Source: Parcubacteria group bacterium (GTDB taxonomy: Bacteria > Patescibacteriota > Patescibacteriia > UBA9934 > GWF2-40-263). From it: DNA of 64,000 bases. Shown one piece after another: positions 9,071 to 19,016 of the stretch. Where the stretch lies: the NCBI GenBank assembly GCA_013204395.1, contig JABMNZ010000008.1, forward strand, positions 15,014 to 79,013, read 5' to 3'. The position numbers and the translations under genes are program-made. Each line of letters starts with the position of its first letter. Position 1 is the first letter of the stretch. A model generated the notes under the pieces. That model was not told the origin of the DNA. It was given only the letters and a program-made list of their open reading frames with translations, and ran no database searches.

Positions 9071-11338
9071 TTAGCCTTGGTCACTTGACCCCTCTGGCTT
9101 GCGGGCCGGTGGGCGACTGCCACCACTGCCATTGCTACGTGGGCGAGTCCCATAGCTACTTCCACTCTCCCGTGGCTTGTAGGCTGGCTTTTCAGGGAGT
9201 TTATTACCAGGAGCGTCTTTCATCGAAAGGCTGATTTTTCCTCCGTCAGGAGAAACTTCCATCACCTTTACGTGCACTTCGTCTCCAAGCTTAACAATGT
9301 CAGTTACTTTTTCAACCCGCCATGGAGCCATCATACTTACATGCACCATTCCATCGCGCTTTGGCAAGAACTCTACAATCGCACCAAAGTCCATGATACG
9401 AACTACCTTTCCTTCGTAAATATCACCAACGACCACTTCTCTTGTTAGGTCCTTGATAGTATCGAAGGCTTTTTGAGCACCTTCAGCATCTGTTGATGTG
9501 ATCATTACGAGTCCATCGTCATCGATATCAATGGCGCTAACACCAGTTGACTCAATAAGACCGTTAATAGTTTTTCCTCCAGGACCGATAACATTTCCAA
9601 TAAGCTCAGGATTGATTCGTAGAGAAATGATACGTGGGGCGTATGGAGAAAGTTCTGGTCGAGGACCAGCGAGTTCTTTTTCAATTACATCCAGAATCTC
9701 ATAACGAGCGTCCTTAGCTTGTGTGAATGCCTGTTTCACGATGTCACGAGAAAGACCATCTGTCTTTGTGTCCATCTGAATAGCAGTAAGACCTTCACGT
9801 GAACCTGCAATCTTGAAATCCATTCCACCCTTTCCATCTTCAAGATCCTGCAAGTCTGTAATGACTTTCCATTCACCTGACTTTGTCATAGCTAGACCCA
9901 TGGCAAGTCCTGCAACAGGTGCTTTGATCGGAACACCAGCATCCATAAGAGCCAATGTTGATCCACATGTTGCTCCCATTGAGCTTGATCCATTAGAACC
10001 AAGAACTTCAGAGACGGCATGTATGGTGTAAGGGAAGCTTTCCTTGTCTGGCATCATTGGCAATAGGGCCTTTTCAGCTAGACCACCATGTCCGATGTCG
10101 CGCCGTGATGGGCCACGCATTGGTTTCACTTCACCAACAGAATATGGAGGGAAGTTATAGTGGTGGAAGTAACGCTTTGTTCCAACATGACGCATTCCAT
10201 CCAATGTTTGCTCATCTCCAGGGGCACCCAGTGTAACAATGCTCATGACCTGAGTTTCTCCACGGCTAAAGTGTGCGGAGCCATGAACTCGTGGAATTGT
10301 AGCAGCTTCTGAAATAAGCTCTCTGATTTCCGTGGTTTTTCGGCCGTCAACACGACGGTCTTCCTCAACGATGAGTCTGTGAATTTCTGATTCAAGTACT
10401 TCACCCGCGATGTCCGTTCCATATCTAACATGATCTTCGTCAACTCCCTGTTCAAGCAAGAATGCTTTTACACGATCTTTTAACTCTCCTTTTGCAGCAC
10501 CACGCTCACCTTTTGTTGCTTGTGGGGCCTTGAAAAAGAGTTCCTGAACCTGCTCCACGATGTAAGGAAGAGCTTGTGCCTCGATTTTTTCTCGTAGCGC
10601 CTGTGTTTCCTTTCCGCTTTCTGTTGTAACTGCGTTTGGATTAACTTTTTCTTTTCCAACAGCAGCTCGTACTTCTTCAATAAGTTTGATTGGGGCGGCC
10701 ATTTCATCAAGGCCAAACCAGAATCCACCTAGGGCAATATCTTCTGGAGCTTCATTTGCTCCACCTTCTACCATGATTACCTTGTCATTAAGACCAGCAA
10801 AGGTTAAGTCTAATGATGAGGTTTCGAGCTGAGTTCTGGTTGGATTTAAGATGTACTGATCATCACTGTATCCAACGCGTACGGCAGCTAGAGGGCCTCT
10901 CCATGGGATTTCACTTATATGAAGCGCGCAGCTGGCAGCGATAAGTCCAACCACATCTGGATCATTTTCTTGGTCGTAAGAGAGTGATGTGACGATGATT
11001 TGGATGTCATTGCGGATACTTTCATCAAACAATGGACGTAGTGCACGGTCAATCATGCGAGAGGTTAGGACCGCCTCGTCAGTGGGGCGACCTGCTCGTT
11101 TCATGAAACGACTTCCTTTAATACGGCCTGATGCGTAAAGGTTTTCCTCAAAGTCGACCATGAGAGGAAACCAGTTGAGCCCTTCGCGTAAGTAAGTGCT
11201 CATTGTGGCGGTTGCCAGTACGCTTGTGTCGCCATACTGAACAATGCAGGAACCTCCTGCTTGTTGGGCATACTTACCCACCTCAATAGAAAGAGTACGT
11301 CCTCCCCATTGGGTTTCAAAACGTTGTGCTTTTGACAT
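9071..11338 (-). CDS. pnp: Polyribonucleotide nucleotidyltransferase
   Basis: SRMIDRALRPLF, HHYNFPPYSVGE, SNGSSSMG, MDFKIAG, KH and S1 domains. Confidence 0.97.
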   Translation of the reverse strand: MSKAQRFETQWGGRTLSIEVGKYAQQAGGSCIVQYGDTSVLATATMSTYLREGLNWFPLMVDFEENLYASGRIKGSRFMKRAGRPTDEAVLTSRMIDRALRPLFDESIRNDIQIIVTSLSYDQENDPDVVGLIAASCALHISEIPWRGPLAAVRVGYSDDQYILNPTRTQLETSSLDLTFAGLNDKVIMVEGGANEAPEDIALGGFWFGLDEMAAPIKLIEEVRAAVGKEKVNPNAVTTESGKETQALREKIEAQALPYIVEQVQELFFKAPQATKGERGAAKGELKDRVKAFLLEQGVDEDHVRYGTDIAGEVLESEIHRLIVEEDRRVDGRKTTEIRELISEAATIPRVHGSAHFSRGETQVMSIVTLGAPGDEQTLDGMRHVGTKRYFHHYNFPPYSVGEVKPMRGPSRRDIGHGGLAEKALLPMMPDKESFPYTIHAVSEVLGSNGSSSMGATCGSTLALMDAGVPIKAPVAGLAMGLAMTKSGEWKVITDLQDLEDGKGGMDFKIAGSREGLTAIQMDTKTDGLSRDIVKQAFTQAKDARYEILDVIEKELAGPRPELSPYAPRIISLRINPELIGNVIGPGGKTINGLIESTGVSAIDIDDDGLVMITSTDAEGAQKAFDTIKDLTREVVVGDIYEGKVVRIMDFGAIVEFLPKRDGMVHVSMMAPWRVEKVTDIVKLGDEVHVKVMEVSPDGGKISLSMKDAPGNKLPEKPAYKPRESGSSYGTRPRSNGSGGSRPPARKPEGSSDQG

Positions 11339-11464
11339 ATGTTGGCTCCTGCAGAAGCTTAAGATATCGACCTGGTCGAAATCTCGTTGTTTCCACAGGA
11401 ACGGTTAGGTAATTAACTCATTTAGTCACTGGGAGATCCCAGTGACCCAATCAGCTAACGACGA

Positions 11465-12127
11465 TTAGAATTCAAGACGACGTGTGCGACTTTGCTCCTG
11501 CTCTTCAAGAGTTTCGTCTATTTCCATAAAGAACCCGGTTGTGTCACCTGTTTTCTTCTCAGGGACCTCCATTTGCTCTAATGCCTCTGTCTTTGCTTCG
11601 GTGGGACTAGTCTTTGTTCCCAATAACTTTGGTCCAATAAGATACCTACGTTGATTTGCAGATAAGTCGATATAATCATTTACCATTGCACGTAACTTTC
11701 CAGACGTTGTTTGTCCAAAAGCCATGACTTCTATCATTCGTCCTCGAGAATGAACGTAGCTCACCAAGGGCATAAAGTCTCCGTCTCCTGAGGCGATGAC
11801 CACAACGTCGAGTGTATCAAGCATTTGCACAACGTCGATAGCTAGTCCTACGTCCCAGTCTGCTTTTTTGGCTCCTGATGCGTACTCTTGTAGATCTTTG
11901 GCAATGGTCTCGATGCCGGCTTTTTCAAGGGCATCAAAAAAAGGTTTTTCCTGTCCGTCTTCTGTGGCAACAACGTAGGCCATGGCTCGAATGAGTTTTC
12001 TTCCAGCCACAGCATCTTCGACGATGTTCTTAAAGTTTACTTTGCGCTTAAATAAATTTCGTGCGCTGTAGTACATGTTTTGCGTGTCTATAAAAACTCC
12101 GACACGCTGGTCTTTGTGCTTAAACAT
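11465..12127 (-). CDS. NYN domain (LabA/DUF88) protein
   Basis: VFIDTQN, KKADWDVGLAID, SGDGDF. Confidence 0.9.
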   Translation of the reverse strand: MFKHKDQRVGVFIDTQNMYYSARNLFKRKVNFKNIVEDAVAGRKLIRAMAYVVATEDGQEKPFFDALEKAGIETIAKDLQEYASGAKKADWDVGLAIDVVQMLDTLDVVVIASGDGDFMPLVSYVHSRGRMIEVMAFGQTTSGKLRAMVNDYIDLSANQRRYLIGPKLLGTKTSPTEAKTEALEQMEVPEKKTGDTTGFFMEIDETLEEQEQSRTRRLEF

Positions 12128-12186
12128 AAAAAGGGTGATTTAGTTTTAAAAAGCGAAATCCCTGCCCATGTGGGCAGGGTTATAGT

Positions 12187-12450
12187 TTACCTTAATTTGA
12201 GCTCTTCCTTTAATTTCTTGAGAGCAGAAGCATCTTCACGCTCTAAATACTTCATGAGCTTGCGACGTTCGTTTACCTTGCTGATCAAACCACGGCGTGA
12301 GGAATTGTCCTTTTTGTGCTCGCGCAAATGGATTGTCAGATCTGCAACCTCTGCGGTCAAAATGGCGATCTGGACCTGAGGTGAACCTGTGTCTGAATCA
12401 TGGGTGCGGAACTTCTTGATGATGTTCAGCTTTTTCTTGGCTGTGAGCAT
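12187..12450 (-). CDS. rpsO: 30S ribosomal protein S15
   Basis: DTGSPQVQIAILT, HKKDNSSRRGL. Confidence 0.97.
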   Translation of the reverse strand: MLTAKKKLNIIKKFRTHDSDTGSPQVQIAILTAEVADLTIHLREHKKDNSSRRGLISKVNERRKLMKYLEREDASALKKLKEELKLR

Positions 12451-12598
12451 AGTGGTTTATTTCATGGCAGGATCCTAGCAAGGGGGCTCATTCCCGGGCC
12501 AAGACACTGTCCTAGTTAGGTTGATTACGGCGCAATCGTAGCGAAATAGACGGATTTCGTCAAGGGATTATGCAATCACTGGTATACTACAACTCGTT

Positions 12599-13816
12599 AT
12601 GCCGAATACACATCACAATCAATCTCATCCGTTTCGCACACATAGGTATTCACTTTCACATGTGGGAGCCTTGCCAGCTTTGGCTACTAATAGGTTGTTG
12701 GGATTTACTGCTAGTTCTGTTACGGGAATGTTCCTCCCAATTTTTCTTTACGAGTTTTTTGGGATGTCCATTCAGTTAGTGCTCCTTTGGTATGCCGTTA
12801 ACTTTATTGTAAAGATCCCTTTTCAGGTTTTGGGTGCAAAGATTTTTTCACGCACAGGCCTGGTTCCGTCAATGATTTTTGGAGTGCTTGGAATCATGCT
12901 TTTTTACTGGATGTTTTATTTGATCGATGCCGGTAGCACTATCAATCCATATACCCTTATGGGGGTTGGTATATTCGGACTCATGATTGTGAGTGTTTTT
13001 TACTGGTCTCCGTTCCATATCGACTTTGCTGAGTTCTCGTCAAAAACACACCGTGGCAAGCAGGTTGGGATTTTTTATGCAGTCCAGAGATTCATTAGTG
13101 TGATTGCCCCACTGGTTGCCGGGTGGATAATCACTCAGTATGGGTACAAAATAAACTTCGCTTTAGCATTGATAATTGTAAGTACTTCGATTGTTCCGTT
13201 GCTTTTTCTTCCTCCTTATAAGGTGACTTACGAGTTTGGTTTTTTAGAGAGTTTTCAAAAATTATTTTCCAAAAAGTTTCGTGGCATGACCACGTCTATG
13301 ATGGCGTACGGTGCTGAAAATATTGTTGGCTTTGCCGTGTGGCCAATTTTCCTTTTTTCAATTTTCGATGGCGACTATCTTAACGTTGGTGCATTTACTG
13401 CCGTGATAGTTGTTATTTCATTGGCTTTTGAAGTCTTCATTGGCAGAGCTTCAGATAAGTTTTCAGCCGTTCGCATGCTTAAGATGGGAACTGGTGTCTA
13501 TGCACTTGGGTGGGTATGGAAGGGCTTGGTTGAAACTGTTGTGGGTGTGTTCGCAGCCTCTACATTCCATAACATTGGTTCGATAATGCTACGCACTCCA
13601 ATGGACACTCTTATGTATGAGCAAGCTGCTGACAGTGGGCATTACGTAGATGAGTACACTGTGTTGCGAGAGATTGCCCTGTCCATGGGTCGTGTATCAA
13701 TGTTACTTTTCTTGATGTTGATTACAACTTACTTCTCTCTCTCAGTCACCTTTTTCATTGCTGCTCTGGTAAGTCTTGGGATTAATTCCCTGTCCGAGTA
13801 CCACGCGAAAAGTTGA
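12599..13816 (+). CDS. MFS transporter
   Basis: About 12 hydrophobic segments, GRASDKFS loop. Confidence 0.8.
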   Translation: MPNTHHNQSHPFRTHRYSLSHVGALPALATNRLLGFTASSVTGMFLPIFLYEFFGMSIQLVLLWYAVNFIVKIPFQVLGAKIFSRTGLVPSMIFGVLGIMLFYWMFYLIDAGSTINPYTLMGVGIFGLMIVSVFYWSPFHIDFAEFSSKTHRGKQVGIFYAVQRFISVIAPLVAGWIITQYGYKINFALALIIVSTSIVPLLFLPPYKVTYEFGFLESFQKLFSKKFRGMTTSMMAYGAENIVGFAVWPIFLFSIFDGDYLNVGAFTAVIVVISLAFEVFIGRASDKFSAVRMLKMGTGVYALGWVWKGLVETVVGVFAASTFHNIGSIMLRTPMDTLMYEQAADSGHYVDEYTVLREIALSMGRVSMLLFLMLITTYFSLSVTFFIAALVSLGINSLSEYHAKS

Positions 13817-13865
13817 CGCGGATCCAAGCTCTCGGTAGCGTTTAGATCCTAGGGAGGAAAGCTTC

Positions 13866-14654
13866 ATGGAACTTAAGCCACTTGAAGACTCGACCATTGT
13901 TTTAGCCGTAACGGTCGAACGCGAGTCTGATGGTGTCAGGCTTACGTTTACCAGCCACCCGCCGTTCGATCACGGCGTTCCAGACATAATCAGTGATACG
14001 TTCACACACAAGTGGGCACTTCATGCATCGCCTGGACAGTATCTTTTTCGGTACGACCCGTCTGAACCGAGTGAAGACGGGGGTGTGCGAATTCGGACAG
14101 GTGCTCCTGAAGGACACGATCCTGTACTCATGCACGAGATCACCATGGAGCTGGGAGAGGCTCTAGCAGCTAGTGGTGATTACTTGTATGAGTGTTTTCA
14201 AGAACTACCACCAGACGAAGATGTTGTTGGCGCCTTTAAGGAGTTCTTTCAAGACTTGGTGGATAACGCAAGGGAAACTGGGAGTTTAACCTCCTTGTAT
14301 CCCGAGATTGTGCCACTACTTCTGCTTCCTAGTGCTGAAGTTTCGTTCTTCAGAAATTCACTTCTGGCTTCTGGGACGGGAAGTCTGCTCGTTGTAGAGC
14401 TTCCTCCACGAGAGTCTGACTTCTTTAACCACATACAAAGCATACTCGAGCGAAGGCTTGAGCCGCGGCTGCGGGAGTGTGAAAAGGAGATCATCGCAAA
14501 CGAGATTCGAGCAACGATTCTCGCGATACGTCGCGCACCACCAGAGAGGGCGTGGGAACTCTTAGAAGTCATCAATCATCTTTCGGGAGTTTTCGGCCTT
14601 ACGATTCCTGAGCAGCCCGCTCTACACTGGAGCACTGTCACAGCCATAGGTTAA
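13866..14654 (+). CDS. Orphan hypothetical protein
   Basis: 262-aa ORF, SD GGGAGG, terminator CCGCATC..GATGCGG-T run. Confidence 0.7.
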   Translation: MELKPLEDSTIVLAVTVERESDGVRLTFTSHPPFDHGVPDIISDTFTHKWALHASPGQYLFRYDPSEPSEDGGVRIRTGAPEGHDPVLMHEITMELGEALAASGDYLYECFQELPPDEDVVGAFKEFFQDLVDNARETGSLTSLYPEIVPLLLLPSAEVSFFRNSLLASGTGSLLVVELPPRESDFFNHIQSILERRLEPRLRECEKEIIANEIRATILAIRRAPPERAWELLEVINHLSGVFGLTIPEQPALHWSTVTAIG

Positions 14655-14729
14655 CGCCCGCATCTGCAACGATGCGGATTTTTTTAATCAAAAAACAGAC
14701 CCGTGAGGGTCTGTTTTGTCAGTTTCGGT

Positions 14730-15509
14730 TTAGAGCATTGAGTCGATAGCGGCGGCCACAGAGCTGAATGGTAGGGCTCCCTTGATTGGAGTTGCGTTAC
14801 CATCTTGGTCGATAATGAAGCTACCTGGAGTTCCTGTAACACCAGCAGCGGCTCCACCAGCTGCCTCTGCACGGACCTTATTAAGCGCATCGTCTCCATC
14901 ACGACATGTTGCGAACTCACTTGCGTTAAGTCCTAGGTCAGCTGCGAGCTGTACGTATAGGGCTTCTCCGAGTGTGGCACGATTCTCAAATAGAGCGTCG
15001 CCATACTCCCAGAACTTTCCTTGTTGACCAGCACACTCAGCAGCAACTCCAGCTGGTTCAGCGTTTGAGTGGAAGGAGAGAGGGAAGTTCCTCATTACCC
15101 AGCGTACCTGTCCGTCGTATTCTTCCATGACCTGCAGCATGGTTGGGTGGAAACGCTCACAGTATGGGCACTCATAGTCGGAGTACTCGATGATTGTGAT
15201 AGGAGCGTTTACATCACCTCTTATGTAGTCAGCGTCTGTAACAGCGGGGATGCCAGCAGAAGGAACTGCGGCGGAAGGTATTGCTGCGACAGCTGCTGCA
15301 GAAGGAGCTGCTGTTTTTGCGGAACTCCCATCAGCTAGGGCAAATCCTCCGCTACAGTTTCCTTGAAGAATACAGCTGCCGAGCAAGATGAATCCAATGG
15401 TTCCTATAGATAATATGGCGGTTCCAAATCCTAACCAGAAAGATTGCTTTGCTGGAAGAATATCAAAAATTGATTTTTTGTTATGTGTTGTATGTGGGTG
15501 TGAATCCAT
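14730..15509 (-). CDS. DsbA-family thioredoxin-fold protein
   Basis: EYSDYECPYC, RNFPL, GVTGTP; N-terminal TM. Confidence 0.9.
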   Translation of the reverse strand: MDSHPHTTHNKKSIFDILPAKQSFWLGFGTAILSIGTIGFILLGSCILQGNCSGGFALADGSSAKTAAPSAAAVAAIPSAAVPSAGIPAVTDADYIRGDVNAPITIIEYSDYECPYCERFHPTMLQVMEEYDGQVRWVMRNFPLSFHSNAEPAGVAAECAGQQGKFWEYGDALFENRATLGEALYVQLAADLGLNASEFATCRDGDDALNKVRAEAAGGAAAGVTGTPGSFIIDQDGNATPIKGALPFSSVAAAIDSML

Positions 15510-15553
15510 AGTATTTTTATTGTAAATTTGTAAACAGGATCTTTGAGGGGTAA

Positions 15554-15925
15554 TTACCCTCCATGCGATGCTGATAAGTGTGGTATGAACGTGTGGTTAG
15601 GTATGGGTGATTTTCTTGGGTTCCAAACTAAGTGAATTGGTTCACGTTTGACTGGGCGCAATGAGTTCAGGGACGCACACATCAGGCCAACAAGAGCTAC
15701 GAGTAGTAACTCCTTTGTTTGCACCGCCATATGTGTGCCAGGGTTGGTCCAAGTTGTTTGAGGCTCAATCTTCTCGGCTGAACAAGCTAATCCAGCGTTG
15801 GGGTCAGCTGTGGAAGTAAGACAGCTCCCCGAACTTATGAAAACAAAACCGCAGCCGATCATGGTAATGATCGTTGTGGCGGCGAGGAGTTTGCGGGTTA
15901 ATAAAACTCCCATAGAGGATTGCAT
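15554..15925 (-). CDS. Small hypothetical membrane protein
   Basis: Two hydrophobic segments, co-oriented upstream of the DsbA gene. Confidence 0.5.
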   Translation of the reverse strand: MQSSMGVLLTRKLLAATTIITMIGCGFVFISSGSCLTSTADPNAGLACSAEKIEPQTTWTNPGTHMAVQTKELLLVALVGLMCASLNSLRPVKREPIHLVWNPRKSPIPNHTFIPHLSASHGG

Positions 15926-15960
15926 AGTATCATATCCCGCCAGTGCTATACTAGATAAGT

Positions 15961-16890
15961 ATGGTAAAGCAGATCGACAGATTGGTTACGGCTTTTCTGG
16001 AATATCTCGAGGTAGAACGAGGCCGTTCTCCCAAAACAATCCGGAATTATGATTTTTATTTGAGACGTTTTACAAAGTGGGCAAAGGCACCAGAACCAAG
16101 CGTGATAACAATGGACATGATTCATAAGTATCGCTTGTGGCTTAATCGAAAAGTGGCTGGTCGAGATGGAAAGACACTTAAGAAAACTACACAGAACTAT
16201 CATCTCATTGCTCTTAGGTCATTTTTAAAGTATCTCGCGCGTCAGGATATCCCCTCTCTTTCTCCAGAAAAGATCGAGCTGGCCAAACAAGAGCAACGAG
16301 AAGTCGCATTTTTAGAGGTTGAGGAATTGGATCGGTTGTTAGCTGCCCCTAAAGGTGTAGATCTTGTGACCCTGCGAGATCGGGCGATTTTAGAAATGCT
16401 TTTTTCTACAGGACTGCGCGTGAGCGAGATTTCAAATCTGAAGATTGAGCAAGTTAACCTCAAAAGAGATGAGTTTACGGTTAGGGGGAAAGGAGGAAAG
16501 CTGCGAGCTGTTTATATATCTAGCACTGCCAAGGAGGCGTTAAAGGCATATTTGGCAAAACGACGTGACACGTCCCCCTATTTATTCATATGTCATGACC
16601 AAGCAAAGTCAGGGCGAGAGAAAACTGGTGGTCTGACCCCAAGATCAATTCAGAGATTAGTTGAGAGATATGCAAAAAGCGCTGGGATCACCAAACACAT
16701 AACCCCCCACACCCTTCGGCACACTTTTGCAACGGACTTGTTAATGGGCGGGGCAGATATTAGGTCCGTGCAGTCCCTGCTAGGTCATGCGTCAATTACG
16801 ACTACCCAGGTGTACACTCACATCACGAACAAAAAGATGAAAGCCGTGCATCAGAAGTATCATGACCGTGCACGAAAAAACACCCAATGA
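15961..16890 (+). CDS. XerC/D-type tyrosine recombinase
   Basis: SAM-like N-terminus; TGLRVSE, GKG, HTLRH, LLGH, TTQVY catalytic motifs. Confidence 0.92.
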   Translation: MVKQIDRLVTAFLEYLEVERGRSPKTIRNYDFYLRRFTKWAKAPEPSVITMDMIHKYRLWLNRKVAGRDGKTLKKTTQNYHLIALRSFLKYLARQDIPSLSPEKIELAKQEQREVAFLEVEELDRLLAAPKGVDLVTLRDRAILEMLFSTGLRVSEISNLKIEQVNLKRDEFTVRGKGGKLRAVYISSTAKEALKAYLAKRRDTSPYLFICHDQAKSGREKTGGLTPRSIQRLVERYAKSAGITKHITPHTLRHTFATDLLMGGADIRSVQSLLGHASITTTQVYTHITNKKMKAVHQKYHDRARKNTQ

Positions 16891-17024
16891 CGGAAGCTAA
16901 GCTTCCGGCCCGTGGGTGTTTTTTGATTGACAGGGGGGGGTTATCGCGTTAGTGTGTGGCCGCTATGACAGCTGGTTATGGCACAGTATCAACAGGTTAG
17001 AAGCAAGTTGTTGCAGGAGAAAAC

Positions 17025-17702
17025 ATGGATGCGGCTGGAATCGTAGAGAAAGGAAACGGTTTGATCGTGCGCTTCGCACCACTTCACGAGAGCGCAAAGG
17101 TGCTTCCCGGGGGGCTCGCAAGCATCATCGTCGATGGGAGGCGAGAGAGCCCGTGGAAGGAACAGTGGCGGTGTTCCAAGTGCAACCACAACTTCCTGGT
17201 CCACCCGACCGATGAGCAGTGCACGTGGTGTCATCAGGGGGTCGTGCAACAGCTCTGGACTGAGCGTCGCGTAGAGCGGGAGACTCTCGAGGCTCTGCAT
17301 CAGCGATGCTCTCAGGTCACAGCAGCCTTCGTTGTGGAGGCTGGTCACCCCATTCTTGTGGGGATGATCGAGCTCAGGCCGGTTGCCATGGATCAGCTCA
17401 ACGAACAGGTCGGCGCTGATGTGATCGCTGGGGTGCTCAGGCACTTCGGCCGCTCTGGAGCCTACTTCTTCGTTCAGCACCTCATCGTGGCTCCTCAGTG
17501 GCGCTCGCAAGGCATTGGGTCAAAGCTGCTTGAGCAAGCGATCAAGCGCGCGCAGCCAGATGCGCGCTCTGGCATCCCACTCATCTGCTTGGCGTCGCGC
17601 ACGCCGGTAGCTCAGGACTGGTTCGCCAAGCACCAGCTGGCAGCGGTACAGTTCATCAACGATCGGCACCTGCTGGTGGGCAACATCGTCCGCTCTGTCT
17701 AG
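17025..17702 (+). CDS. GNAT-family acetyltransferase with zinc-ribbon insert
   Basis: VAPQWRSQGIGSKLL acetyl-CoA motif; CSKC...CTWC; SD AGGAG. Confidence 0.75.
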   Translation: MDAAGIVEKGNGLIVRFAPLHESAKVLPGGLASIIVDGRRESPWKEQWRCSKCNHNFLVHPTDEQCTWCHQGVVQQLWTERRVERETLEALHQRCSQVTAAFVVEAGHPILVGMIELRPVAMDQLNEQVGADVIAGVLRHFGRSGAYFFVQHLIVAPQWRSQGIGSKLLEQAIKRAQPDARSGIPLICLASRTPVAQDWFAKHQLAAVQFINDRHLLVGNIVRSV

Positions 17703-17848
17703 AACGCCCTAGACTCAGGCTCTTACGGGCCAATCTGCTCCGACCACAGCGTCGGAGTTTTCATTTTCTACAGAAATGGTTACCATGCGCTCACGATCAC
17801 ACGATCATGTCACCTCGTTCGGTACAAAATAAATGCAACCACTCCTTT

Positions 17849-17925
17849 GGCTCGGTAGCTCAGTTGGATAGAGCAGGGGACTTCTAAGCCCAAGGTCACA
17901 GGTTCGAATCCTGTCCGGGCCACCA
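17849..17925 (+). tRNA. tRNA-Arg(TCT)
   Basis: Acceptor GGCTCGG/CCGGGCC, loop CTTCTAA, GGTTCGAATCC, encoded CCA; imperfect anticodon stem. Confidence 0.88.
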
Positions 17926-17952
17926 GAGTGGTTACATTTAATCCATTTACAT

Positions 17953-18663
17953 ATGACCAGAAACATTTTGCTATTTATTTCATTGCTTGCCATTGGTTTT
18001 GTGGTTCTCTCCATGGTGAAGGTGCCAGAAAATGAAACAGAGGTTTTTGTTCCAGAAGAAGTTGAGCAAGTGGTTGTGGAGATAGTTGAAGATACTCCGT
18101 TTGTTCAAGATGAAATGGATTCAACACGTGTTGAAGGAGCGGGGTTTCATTTTTTCATTCCAGACGGATGGTATGTCGATCCAGCACCAGAGATCTGGGA
18201 GCGATCTGGCGAAGGGTATTTCACGTATGGTTGGGTGAGGAATATTGAGAATGAATCCCCTTTTGGTCATGAGGACGAAGTTTCTTTCTCAGTTGCGAAT
18301 GTTCTTAAGGAAGATGTAAATTTTGATGAGGTTGTCTCTGGGTGGGCCGAGAGTGAGGAGCAAATGGCCGGAATTGTGAAATACATGCAAGAAGAGAGTA
18401 TCGCTCCTTATAACGAGGTCACCATGGATGATGTGGTTGTGGAGCTAGAAGAAACTGAATTTCTTGGAAAGAAGGCTTACGTAAATACACTTATTTGTTC
18501 CAAGCCTTGTTACATCGAAGGGAATCCACCTGCAATTGTTGCCTACTATTTAGATGATGGTGATTACGTCTGGATTCTGACAGCAAGAACAATCTATTCC
18601 GAGAAAGCTATTGATTTGTTAGATCAGGCAAAAGAAGTAATGGATAGTTTTGTACTAGAGTAG
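17953..18663 (+). CDS. Hypothetical exported acidic protein
   Basis: Signal/anchor N-terminus, 236-aa ORF. Confidence 0.7.
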   Translation: MTRNILLFISLLAIGFVVLSMVKVPENETEVFVPEEVEQVVVEIVEDTPFVQDEMDSTRVEGAGFHFFIPDGWYVDPAPEIWERSGEGYFTYGWVRNIENESPFGHEDEVSFSVANVLKEDVNFDEVVSGWAESEEQMAGIVKYMQEESIAPYNEVTMDDVVVELEETEFLGKKAYVNTLICSKPCYIEGNPPAIVAYYLDDGDYVWILTARTIYSEKAIDLLDQAKEVMDSFVLE

Positions 18664-18708
18664 ACCCTTGATCAGGATCAATGATTCTGATATCCTCGGC
18701 ACTGTTAT

Positions 18709-18784
18709 GGCGGCTATGGTGAAACGGTTATCACACGGGCTTGTGGTGCCTGTATTACGGGTTCGATTCCCGTTAGCCGCCCCA
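18709..18784 (+). tRNA. tRNA-His(GTG)
   Basis: G-1 plus GCGGCTA/TAGCCGC, C discriminator, GTG anticodon, GGTTCGATTCC, CCA. Confidence 0.93.
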
Positions 18785-19016
18785 TATAAAAACCTCGGCT
18801 TCTGCCGGGGTTTTTATATGGGGCGGTGAATGAGGATGAGCCACCCGTCTGGTTCGATGATGGAGAGAGTGAGCGTAATAGACAAAAGTCGGTATGTTCC
18901 ACAACGACTTTTGTCTATTGCCGAACGAACGACATCAATATGGCCGGTACCTCTGCAGGGCCATATTCCCGTTAGCCACCTCGTTTAAATACCTTTGCGC
19001 AAGCGATATTATTTGA

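Noticed and set aside
11426-11447. GTCACTGGGA/TCCCAGTGAC hairpin, and similar ones near 14690 and 29250
   Set aside because: Ordinary terminator or processing-type hairpins between core genes
12451-12530. Possible S15 autoregulatory leader
   Set aside because: Only weak stems visible; cannot be supported without a covariance search
15961-16890. Tyrosine recombinase as a prophage or integron integrase for the tRNA-adjacent orphans
   Set aside because: Looks like housekeeping XerC/D with core-like composition; no IntI-specific insertion, phage genes or long-range att repeats seen
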